DNA of 63,766 nucleotides, filler included, from Cercozoa sp. M6MM (lineage: Eukaryota; Protista; Endomyxa: Ascetosporea): assembly GCA_040357565.1 (NCBI GenBank). It is 10 parts of 10 records of this genome, joined end to end, with 100 filler letters (N's around TTAATTAATTAA, not from the genome) between each part and the next. Parts side by side here need not be neighbours in the genome. Positions count along the whole stretch, not along the records: positions 45,360 to 57,252 come from JBDODJ010000390.1; positions 57,353 to 59,871 come from JBDODJ010001753.1; positions 59,972 to 61,172 come from JBDODJ010002118.1; positions 61,273 to 62,465 come from JBDODJ010002124.1; positions 62,566 to 63,766 come from JBDODJ010002117.1; 5 more parts are not named here. The stretch is one strand, 5' to 3'. Positions 53,553 to 63,766 of this stretch are shown here, in pieces. The notes beneath the pieces are model-generated. The model did no database searches. It was not told the DNA's origin and worked only from the letters and a program-made list of their open reading frames with translations. The position numbers were made by a program, and so were the translations under genes. The stretch's first letter is position 1. Each line of letters begins with the position of its first letter.

Positions 53553-55821
53553 ATGCGAAGCGAGCTGGCGGAGGAGTATCCCCTCCACTGGAATATCCTA
53601 ACTGACGATTTTGACGCTTTTTCTGAAGGTACCGGTGTTTCTTTACGCAGACAATGCATACGGAGTGTGTGTTCCTCTAGTGGTGACCCGTTTGGTGGAG
53701 CAGCACGGCGACAGTCCGATTGGCGCGTCTCCTGCAGCGCTGCACGACGGCCGGCGGCACCCACTCAACCGCAAGGACAAGTGCGGCAACACTGCGCTGC
53801 ACTTGTGCGCAATTCTTCAGCGACCGCTTCGCTACGCCGAACTCTTGCTCCAGCATGGTGCTTAGAATCCCTTTCCCACTTGGCACTGAAGCTAGAATGG
53901 CCCTTTGATTGTACATAGGTGCGAATTTGCCTCTGCGTAACGTGCTCGGATGGACGTGTATGCAAGAAGCACAAGCTTCGCACAATCGCGAACTTGTGAA
54001 GCTGTTTTTGCGGACTGCAAACGGTAGAATGCTCCCTGTTCTCACGCGCGACTGATTAGACACAGTTTGAATCTTCGACAGAGCGCCTTGAAACAACGTT
54101 TCCTGCGACTTTCGAGGCGGGCGTCGAACGACTGCGTACGTTTTTCGCAACATTTTTTCTTCCTTGTGTGATATCTTGTATCTTTATTCATAAACAGGGT
54201 GTGCCCGTGATTTCGCTGTGGACATCGAGTGGCAGTTCAAGAGCATCGTGCCCTTCATTGGACGCTTCCTTCCGTCCGACACGTGTCGAGTTGTCAAGCG
54301 TGGCAGTCGTGTGCGGCTGGACTTTTCACTGCGTGACTTCTCGATGAAAACAGGGTGAGAGTCGTCCAGTTTGTTTCTATGTTGCATCTCTATGGACACC
54401 CATCTATGTGTTTTATCTGATAGGTGGATTCGTGGTCCCTCGAGCGTGCTGTTCGATCCGCAGGGCTGTCTCCCGTGCTCAAGTGCTGCCGGTCGAAAGG
54501 AAGAAACCGACTTCCGTCACGCTCTTGTGTTTGTCGACCATGAGAAACAGATCTTTCGTTGTACCATTCTGCACAACTCAGCAGTTTATCGACGGACACA
54601 ACGTTGTTGTTTTCGGCAGGTGCGCACAAGAAACCAGGTGCAGACGATGCCGAGGCAGAGCTGGACAATGCCGTTGAGGTGCTAGTTCAGAGCGAGCTAC
54701 AGCACGCCGGTGTCTACACTGGCGACGTCACTCTCAAGCCACGCACCAAGTTCTTCTCGTCTACCCAGCAAACGGCTGAGGTGGGAGGCTACATGTGCAA
54801 GATCTTTGACCTACAAGGCCTCTGTGTGTTTCGGCAAGTGCGCGACGCTCATCTGTACAGTTTCTCTTTTCGATCCATTCATGGTGTTTCATAATACAAA
54901 ATTCGAGTCGGTTTGCGAGTAGGCCTGATGACTTGAAGAAGCTCAACAAAGAGCGCGAGGAAGAACTGAAGAAGTCGCTTCAGAACGAGCCGGACGAAGA
55001 CAAGATCGCGAAAATAGCCAAACTTCAGGTATCAGCTTCTTTTCTCCATGTTGCTTGTTGCTTGCTTCAGTGTAGTTGGGGTACTTCCTGCGTTAAATTT
55101 AGTGGAGCTCAGTTGAGCGGTACGAGTTCGAGCCGTACGCACCGCCCGAACTGGACCCTGTCGATTATCTGCTTGGTCGAATTTCGCCGAAGTCGAGTAC
55201 GTTTGCGACATTTTTGTTTCCGTGTGATTTACGAAGTATGCATTCACCTGTAGTCATGGGAGAAGTCAAAGGTCACAGAAAAAATGTCAAGTCAACACTG
55301 TTCCTGGCACGGGATTTCCCGCTCACTTATGATGGTACCAATGTTCGTTCAAACCAAATGTTCGTTCAAACCCTCCTTATCTGTTCCAAAATGTTGATGT
55401 TTCTTTGCAGACTTAATGCCTGTGCTTGATGTCGGCGCCAGTGCGAGTCGCACGCTTGAGAAACTTCAGCAGTATCTCTCTGGTACAGGATGTCTGCTGT
55501 ATTGCTCAAACTTCCAGTTCATTCATCTGTGAGCAGAAGTGCGAGAGCACGGGTTCCCTGTCAAGCTGGAGATGCCTCTCTTCATGGTCCTTACTGCGAC
55601 CGCCAGTTTCAACAACTTTCGCTGGCTGTATGTTTTACTTTGATGACTGTTCCACCATGCAAAACTATGCTTGTTTTCTTTGCAGTGCAAAGGACGAAAG
55701 GACTGCCCAAGAGTTTCCCGATGAGTTCTTCCGTGTTCCGAGGGACTACGAAGAAACACATCCTGCAGTTCAACCGACCCCAAGCAACGAAGGCGGCTCT
55801 GTGTCGCAGCCAAGGATTTAA
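53553..55821 (+). CDS. ANKRD13: ANKRD13-family ankyrin and GPCR-chaperone domain protein
   Basis: YPLHW, DKCGNTALHL, GWTCMQEA, WQFKSIVPFIGRFLPSDTCRVVKRGSRVRLDFSL and GFPVKLEMPL. Confidence 0.9.
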
Positions 55822-56554
55822 AGTCGGATCTCTCGAACTACGCTGCCGGCTGGGCGCGGGTGTACTGTGCCAGACCGGACCATGTCACCTGCCGTTGGTT
55901 GACGTTCGTGTCGTGTCGTGTCGTTGGTTACTGTAGCCGTTTTAGATTAGTTATTTAAAAGGTGTGTTCAAAGACCTCTCCAGCCTGCTCAAGATAGAGC
56001 GAGTTGGTAGCTTTGGTGTCAACAAGCATGGTATCTTTTGACGACCTGATATCTGGAAAGAGGGCTGTTTTCAATTCTAGAAGCAGTTTCAAGCTGCTCG
56101 CCACTCAGGTCTCAACCTTCTTTTTTGGCGTGAGCAGGTAGTCAGCCGAGTAGGTTGATTGATGTTGACAGAAACACGTCGGTCGAGCATAGGTTGACGT
56201 GATTGATCTCGACGGGCGAAGATCACGCTGCCATTGACAGCAACCAATAAAAAATTATCATCAGGCACGCCCGTCCTTGATCATTTCGACCACTGTACTG
56301 TACGCTCTAATCACAGTCGCAGTATCGCAGAAGGCTGTGACAATCAGCGGCTGCAGGATTACAATACTGTAAGTCACGTGGTCGGGAAGACTCACGCTTC
56401 TGGCAAAGTGTGCCGACGTGTGCTTGCATTCTAATTGGTACACACGCTCAATATAGGATGAATGCACGCGTCTATAGGGGCGAATTTTTGTGGCGTGATT
56501 TTGTTGTTTTGACCTGCATTGATGGGGCAGTTCTGACAGAGCCGGGGAAAATCA

Positions 56555-57252
56555 ATGCTCGACCTGGCGTCGTCCTTCGACGCTGCAGGCGGCGGTCTCG
56601 AGCAGCAGCTAGAGAACTCGCGTCTGAAGTCGCGACAGCAGTTGCTGCGGGACAAGATCGCTGGTCTCGAACTGGAACCGCCTGCTGACAGTGAGTTTTT
56701 GGCGGGCTTCTTTCGGTGTTGCTTTTTGGTGTGTTTTCTGATTTGTGTTTGCCTTTGTGCAGTCACTTCTACCGATTCGATCAGCGTGGCTCCGGATGGC
56801 AGTGCTTCTGCCCTTCCGCGCGGTAGCTCTGGGTTTTCTTCATATTCGATTTACCAGATTTGGAATTAGGCAAGTTCCACGTGGCGTTTTGCGTGCACCA
56901 CGCGATTTTCTCGGTGGGCGAGGACACGTCGTTGTATTTCTCGTTGTTCCGCGCGGACGACTCTGTGCCAGAAGGCGGTCACTACGTGTCGGACGAGTTT
57001 GTCGTGTAGCTCCCTCCAGACAGTGTTGTGCTTGCTGTGTGTATTTTTCTTTTGGTAGGAACGTGACGAAGGAGGGTCTGTCGGCGTCGCGGAAGAAGAA
57101 CGTGTGCATCTTCCGCAACGTGACAGCCAGCGACTTCAGCAACCTGTTCCTGGTGTGCCGCATCTTTCGCACCGGCGTGCTGAAACTCGGCGACACGAAA
57201 CGCGGCGCGGATGCTCCGCCCGTGCGGCGGCCCTACGGTGCCTGTATGCTCA
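56555..57252 (+). CDS. DOCK-family GEF (DOCK-A/B-type N-terminal region), 3'-partial
   Basis: FSVGEDTSLYFSLF...YVSDEF...CIFRNVTASDFSNLFLVCRIFRTGVLK...VRRPYG matches the DOCK1/2 N-terminal pattern (IGEDAELFMSLY...LICQIVRVG...RRPFG). Confidence 0.75.
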
Positions 57253-57429
57253 NNNNNNNNNNNNNNNNNNNNNNNNNNNNNNNNNNNNNNNNNNNNTTAA
57301 TTAATTAANNNNNNNNNNNNNNNNNNNNNNNNNNNNNNNNNNNNNNNNNNNNCGACTCCAGCTGGGCGTATACCCCTTAACCTCCGTTTTCCTATTTCCC
57401 CTTCCCTACCCCCCCCCCCCCCCCACACA

Positions 57430-58447
57430 GGACACGTCAGTGCTTGCGAATCTCGGCAGTGTCGATGCCGAAGGCGGCGCCTTGACTGAGCGAATGCTCG
57501 TATACGCACGTGCGGCACTCAAGGAGTTAGACACGTGCCTTGCCCCGTATCCCTTTACCCCTTGTCCCCTTACCCTACCCCCTGTGTGCAGGTGTGCTGC
57601 ATCTTTCGCGCGTCTGCAGAGGTGTCGACCCTCAATGCGCACAGGCCAGATGCTGGTGCCCTACCTGTCCTTCAGCATTGCTGCTGCCGGTACTACCTAC
57701 TTGCTTTGACTTGACTCACTTAACTTGACTCACTTCACTTAACTTGACTCACTTTAATTGACTGACTTGACTGGACGGAACTGCAGAGGTCGAGGAACTC
57801 GGTGTCTTCCGCGAGGATACACTCCTGCAGGGTAGCCTACCAAAGGAGGTGTTTTATCTTTTATAGTACCCTCTCCCTTCTGTACCGTAGATACTGCACA
57901 ACACGACACCGACAGTGTCGGCAGCGAGCGAGAATTCTCCTGGTGGCGACGCCAGCAAGGCCGCTGTTTTCGTACAGTTGTTCCCAGTCTCGTGTGAAAC
58001 TCTCAGTTTGTGTATTCTCTGTGCAGACAAGGAGAGACGCGAGTACGGTCTTTCGGCCTCCTTGTTTTCGCTCGTGCCGCAACGTTTGCCGCCACCGAAA
58101 AAACGCAAGCCAGCGTGCCTTCACTTTTCTCGTTTTCTTTAGCTTTGCAGTCTCTCATTTTGCTCCTCTTGGAAAACAGCAAGAGGAAAAGTCTGCGCTC
58201 CCAGCGTCGCTCCCTGCAGTCGAAAACTGCCACTCGCACGCGACAGCGACGCAGCAACAGTGTCACGGAACCGTCCGCGCGGACACAGCAGAAACCAAGA
58301 TCGCCGACACTGCGAGGAGAGAAACCACAGTCGCCGCCGCAACAGCACTCGCATCTGCCGTTTGCGGACCAACTTGAAAGTTCGGGCACAGACGGGCAAG
58401 TTGCGCTTCGCGAAAATGCCTTGCTACGCGATTTGCGCCTCATTTAA
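57430..58447 (+). CDS. 3' part of an unknown gene
   Basis: GT-AG bounded exons with a low-complexity Ser/Arg tail. Frames are partly uncertain. Confidence 0.35.
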
Positions 58448-58596
58448 TACTGACTGGCATCGCATGACTCGGATACAATTTAAAAAAACGGCACGCAGTC
58501 GAGTCTCACAAAGAAAACTAGGACCAATCTTAGGAGCGCGCAGTCGAGATCTCCGAGAAGCACTACCCACTGGTAGGTTCCGATAGTCCGCACCAC

Positions 58597-58635
58597 CTGT
58601 GAGGTGACGATAGTCTGTGAGGTGACGATAGTCTG
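58597..58635. repeat. 18-bp tandem repeat CTGTGAGGTGACGATAGT x2 upstream of SEY1
   Basis: Seen directly in the sequence. Confidence 0.85.
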
Positions 58636-58813
58636 CAGTGTGACGAGAAGTCACGGCACATGTACATGTCTGCCTGTTCAGACTGTCAGTGTGCTTAAGC
58701 GGAGGCCATGAGCTCTTCCGACTCAGCGAGCCCCAAATAAACTGACGTCGGTCAAGACGCAGTATAGCAAGCTCTCAGTGGGCATCCAAGTGCTAGACAG
58801 TCCACTAGGACTA

Positions 58814-59808
58814 ATGTCAGGTTAGTTATGCGCTTGTTGTGCTTAAAATAAGCGCGATTGGGCTTTTCAAATAAACAGAAGAGCCAAAATAGAATCTTGC
58901 CTCGGTGCAGCTTCGGTCTTTGTGCGCGAGAGTGATCTCACTCATTCTGTGTGTGCTGGTGCAGACACGAGTGGCGAGAACTTTGTCATGGTGGAGGCCG
59001 GCGAACCGCTGCAACTCATCGATGGTGATGGTGCGCTGTCCCTTTCCTTTGTATAGGCACATGATCCGCCTGGAATGCAGGTGAATGGGCGCCGTCGGAG
59101 CAGCGATTTGAGGCCTTCCTAGAACAGCATTTGGTACTCTACTTGGTGTGCTTTGCCCTCTGTGTTAGACTCACGTGTTTGTGTTGGGGCAGAACGGCAG
59201 CGGTCTGTCCAAGTACACGTTGTGTGCGGTGATTGGCTGCCAGAGCAGCGGCAAGAGCACGCTGCTGAACCTCTTATTTGGCACGCACTTTGACGTGCTC
59301 GACGCTTCACGCGGCCGGCAGCAGACCACGCGCGGCGTGTGGTTTGGTACCCCCATCTTACCCCATCTTACCCCCCCAGCTTACCCCTCCTCCGTAGGTG
59401 CGTCGAATATCGCTACTCTGCCGGACGGCGACAGTGATCCGTAAGACCTTTGCTCCCTGACCCTCTGTTACCTCCTCTGATCTGTCTGAAATGTAGGGCC
59501 ACGAAGTTGCTCGTTCTCGATGTGGAAGGCACCGACAGGTAGTCTAGCTTGGGGGTAAGGGGAGGGGTAAGAAACCGACTGTTGTGGTGTGTGCAGTATG
59601 TCACGCGGCGACGAGCGCGACTCGTTCGAGCGTCAATCCGCGCTGCTGGCTCTGGCACTGGCCGAGGTGTTTTTCCCCCCCCCCCCCCCCCACACACACT
59701 TTTTCTTTTTACCTCCCTCTTTACCCCCTACCCATGTAGGTGCTCGTGATCAACATGTGGTTCACCGACATTGGTCGCTACACGGCATCGAATATCGCCA
59801 TTCTGCAG
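58814..59808 (+). CDS. SEY1: ER-fusion GTPase SEY1/RHD3 (3'-partial)
   Basis: [69 protein letters not shown] and DIGRY. Confidence 0.95.
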
Positions 59809-59971
59809 GTGTGTCTACTCCTCTCCCCTACCACCTTTAACACCCTACCGTTTTATCCCTTACCCCTCTTTNNNNNNNNNNNNNNNNNNNNNNNNNNNNN
59901 NNNNNNNNNNNNNNNTTAATTAATTAANNNNNNNNNNNNNNNNNNNNNNNNNNNNNNNNNNNNNNNNNNNN

Positions 59972-60692
59972 AAACCTTAAGCAGACGCACGCGACGCGGC
60001 GGCTTCTCCTCCTTGCGCACCCACGACAGCACGCGGCGGCCCTTGACACGACCGTCGTACAAGGCGCACGTCGGGTCCATGTCACCCAGCGGCGTGTCGT
60101 CGTCTTCCTGTCCCAGGGGGGTAAGAGGGGGATAGGAGAGGGTAGGGCGGTAGGGGGTAGGGGTAAACGCACCTCTTCCTCCTCGTCGTCACGCATCGAA
60201 ATTTCCTGCGACGACGTTTCGCTCTCGTCCTGCCGTGCGTTCGNNNNNNNNNNNNNNNNNNNNNNNNNNNNNNNNNNNNNNNNNNNNNNNNNNNNNNNNN
60301 NNNNNNNNNNNNNNNNNNNNNNNNNNNNNNNNNNNNNNNNNNNACAAGAGGGGTAAAGGGGGGAGGGGTAAAGGGGGAGGGGTAAAGGGGGAAGGGGGTA
60401 AAACAGGGGACAAAGGGGAATAACGGGGTAAGGAGGGGTAAAAACGGGTCAGGTAAAACGGGTGAAAGCACCAGTCGTCTCAGGCGACGCGCTCGGCGGA
60501 GTCTCCTCGTCGCCCTGCATCGAGTGCTCCTGCGGCGCCATCGGCTGCTCGGACTGCGACATCCTCCACTCCCGGGTGGCTGCTGTGACCAGCACACATG
60601 CACACATTCACTCACTCTCACTATCTCACTCGGGCTGCACATCAGACATCGAAGTGCGTCATCTCGTATTTTGACGAGCAATCGCATCCCCA
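59972..60692 (-). CDS. 5' part of an unknown acidic protein
   Basis: Exons such as MSQSEQPMAPQEHSMQGDEETPP and SSQEISMRDDEEEE, separated by C-rich introns. The start is uncertain. Confidence 0.35.
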
Positions 60693-61272
60693 TGAGAAAC
60701 GCGTCCGCGCGCACCCAAAAGTTCACTCAACACAGAGCCAAAGGAAACGAGGAGGTGTGCTTAGTGTACAAAAGCACCAATCGCGCTCCCAAAACCGAAA
60801 AGCCAAAACATTCTGTTTTTTTCACTCCCGAAGAGTGAGTGAAACGGTGCCATGATACTAAGGTGCCCGCGTTGTTTTACAAGTACCTAAACGTTGTCAC
60901 AACGCCCGATCTTGTTGCTCGAGCAACGTGATGGCGGAGTGGACCTCATGTGTTTATTTTTTCGTCTCTCGCGGTCCGTTCGTACCTCGATTCAGGATAT
61001 TTCTCACAACAAGTTGAAACCCTGGCAGTCCTAGGAGATTGTACGGGTGCTGAAAACAAGTGTTTTGTTAGCTGTACGATAAACATCGTCGCAAACTCAA
61101 AATTGGTGCTGCTCCAAACAAACTGGGAATTATCATGATAAGAAAAACCTATTGCCTCCACCCCCCCCCCCCNNNNNNNNNNNNNNNNNNNNNNNNNNNN
61201 NNNNNNNNNNNNNNNNTTAATTAATTAANNNNNNNNNNNNNNNNNNNNNNNNNNNNNNNNNNNNNNNNNNNN

Positions 61273-62442
61273 CCACTTTTTTACTGATCCACATGTATCG
61301 TGAGCTTCAGCAGAATTTGACACCATGTTGTTCTTCTATCGCACTTTCCTCTCTAATCCTGACACTGGCGAAATCGTACCCTTTATGGATTTGGTAGTGT
61401 GAGGATGGTCATTGCATGGTACTGTGTAGGAACCTGCTGGCTTCACAGGCAAGGGACTTGGTGCCTACCTGACCAACGTTCGGGTAAGTTCACCCAGGGT
61501 CGTGAGAGTCAGTTCACAACGATGCGGTTTCTCTCTTTAGGTCAGATTGCAGCCATCTCATGTGTCGTACCTCCAAATGAACTACTTATGGACTCTTTCT
61601 CGGCATTTTGAGGTCCGAGGCAGCGTTTTTGTTGATGTATCTTTAGACTCTGCCGGCCCGCATCGAGATCTTCTATTTCACTAACGTGACGGCGTATAAC
61701 TTTATCTTGTGAGATGTGTCTGCTTTTGCGGACTACTCCCTGTTTGTGTGCACAGCTACAGATCTTCCACAGGCCTGGGCCACCCGTCGGGCTACGCTGT
61801 TTTGGTACCAAGGAGAGAGAGATCAAGAAGGCAAAGCGCAATGTAAAATGCGTGTTGTTGTTGCTACTGCAGGTGAATGAGACGTTCCACGTGTCGTCGC
61901 AGACGGAGAATGCTGTGCGACACTCTGCGCTTCTTTTGCTAGTGTTATTCAAGCTTATTATTTTCCTTGCGTACCCCCCTGGATAGGTCACACAACAGGA
62001 CGCGATTGATTTCGTGAGCAACAAGACTTTTGCGTGGAAGGTAACTCGGTCCTCTGCCTCCTTTACCCTTCCCCCCCTATTGTTCTGTCCCTTCGACCCC
62101 TCCTTCTCGCTCTTTGTCGTAGTACTGGATGCAAGAGAATCCAGGCGAGCATCGCACGTTCGTATCTTCTTTGATATTTGTTGATGGTACTTTGGTGCTT
62201 CCTGACGCCTCTTCCCTTTAGCACCGATTCACCAGTCTGTACAACGTCAGTGCTAACGCCGTTCGAACTGACAAGGTACTATTTTGTCCCTCCTTTGTCT
62301 CGGTCGTTTTGGGCCCTCTGTCCAGTTGTCAACCCTGCTTTTGTAGGTGCACGTGGAAAGCTTTAGTTCGGAGAACAACGCCAACACAACGACGGATGAC
62401 AGCGCTGGCGATTTCGAAGCCAGCAAGAGCGTTTGTGGCGCG
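61273..62442 (+). CDS. Internal part of an unknown micro-exon-rich gene
   Basis: Series of GT-AG bounded 40-90-nt segments with no recognisable domain. Confidence 0.3.
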
Positions 62443-62624
62443 TATGCGAATCTTAACCCCCCCCCNNNNNNNNNNNNNNNNNNNNNNNNNNNNNNNNNNN
62501 NNNNNNNNNTTAATTAATTAANNNNNNNNNNNNNNNNNNNNNNNNNNNNNNNNNNNNNNNNNNNNCGGGGTTGGGGTAGAAGGCGGCATCAGGAATATAG
62601 GAGGTAAAGGGGTCAATCATGTAG

Positions 62625-63721
62625 TACCTGCGGACGTGCAAGTTCTTATGGTAGTGATGCACCAGTGACACAGCTGTGGGGTACAAGGTGATATGGTGTG
62701 GGGGTAAGATGACAGACGGTTCTACCGAGTCGCACGGCGAAACCGTCCCCGTCAGAAGTAGTCAAATCAGTGGCTACACACATCCGCGCGGGCGCCATCT
62801 TGGTGTCCATGACGGCGCCGTAGACGGCATCGACCGCGCGGAAGGCGCGCATGTCACTCACCTGCACGGCGCAGTAGTAGGCGCTTTCGTTCAGCGCTAG
62901 CTGTCTGCGGGGGGGGGGGGCCCGCCCAACACCGACTCTCCCCCGGGCCGCCCCCGGGGCTAAAGGGGGTAAAGTCACCTCTCACAAGCCAGTGCAACCA
63001 GAGTGTCCAGTGCCATCTGCATGGCACGCGCCGCATTGGCACCTGAGAGTTCAAGGGAGGTCACCAATAGTAACAGGGGGGGGGGGAAAGTACTATTTGA
63101 TTCCGCAACAGTCGCCGTCACTGTCATCTGCAAAGGCACGGGGGTAAGGGGTACGGGAGTAACGGGCGGGGAGGGGATACCGTGCAGGCATCCTGATGCG
63201 ACTCAACTCTGACGGAACAGTTTTCGTTCGCTGCTTCGACCGGCCACATTTCTGCCTTGTTGCTCTTGCCTCTGTGCCAGGGGGTAAGGGGTAAGGGAAG
63301 TAGAGGAGGCAAAGAGGCGAAAGATGGGTACTGTTCGGGCGCGTAAAGTGACAACGCTTTCCGATCATCTGCGAGTTCCTCTGGCGTCTTATCCGTCAAC
63401 GACAGTTTCACCAGTCGCATGTGGGCCACCTAGAGCAGGGGGAGGGTAAAAAGGAGGACAAACGGGTACAAAGGGGACAAAGGGGTACAAAGGGGACAAA
63501 GGGGCAAAAACTTAAAGCAGGGAACATATTAAGAAAGGTATAAGTACAGGAGCGATTGGATCATCGACATTGCCGACAGTTTCGCTGGCCTCCACAACGA
63601 TTCGTTTCTGGGGGAGGGGTAAAAGAAAGGTAGAGGCAAGGGAAGTAAGGAATAAAGGGAGGGGTAAGATGGAACCTTGTACAACGGGCAGTCTAGAGTC
63701 AGAGTCTCATACTCGCCGCCC
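62625..63721 (-). CDS. DPH6: Diphthine--ammonia ligase DPH6 with C-terminal RidA/YjgF-like domain (partial)
   Basis: GGEYETLTLDCPLYK|KRIVV...VAHMRL, followed by RidA-like VSDMRAFRAVDAVYGAVM...PARMCV. Confidence 0.85.
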
Positions 63722-63766
63722 TATCGCACAAACCATACCAACTCAGACTGGAAGAGGGGGGGGGGG

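Noticed and set aside
62625-63721. DPH6-RidA domain fusion
   Set aside because: Already known architecture in fungal and plant DPH6.

Overview
Eukaryotic (protist-like) draft sequence, not one continuous locus. About ten short contigs are joined by artificial N44-TTAATTAATTAA-N44 linkers, and several 100-N scaffold gaps fall inside intronic microsatellites. Genes are dense and split by very many short (~45-120 nt) GT-AG introns. All three stop codons end genes, so the genetic code looks standard. By manual splicing I recognise a secreted Kazal/Cys-module protein, a TTP-type tandem CCCH protein, probable SCC3/STAG, NAA20, XPD, a PRELI/Ups protein, SYF1/XAB2, an NT-C2 coiled-coil protein, a DGK1-like kinase, ATAD1/Msp1, an SLC35A transporter, a WDR49/64-like protein, AP-3 beta, ATG9, ANKRD13, a DOCK GEF, SEY1/RHD3 and DPH6. 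The most interesting signal is a structurally intact but divergent U2 snRNA gene (~9554-9750) between SCC3 and NAA20. It has GUAGUU in place of GUAGUA, a purine-interrupted Sm-position sequence, no U-run of 4 or more, a downstream T5 and a diverged stem-loop IV. It co-occurs with unusual GTAC-dominated 5' splice sites that mostly lack +4A and +5G, and with strand-biased intron satellites; together these point to a remodelled major spliceosome (inference). All coordinates and counts were read by eye, and no searches were run.
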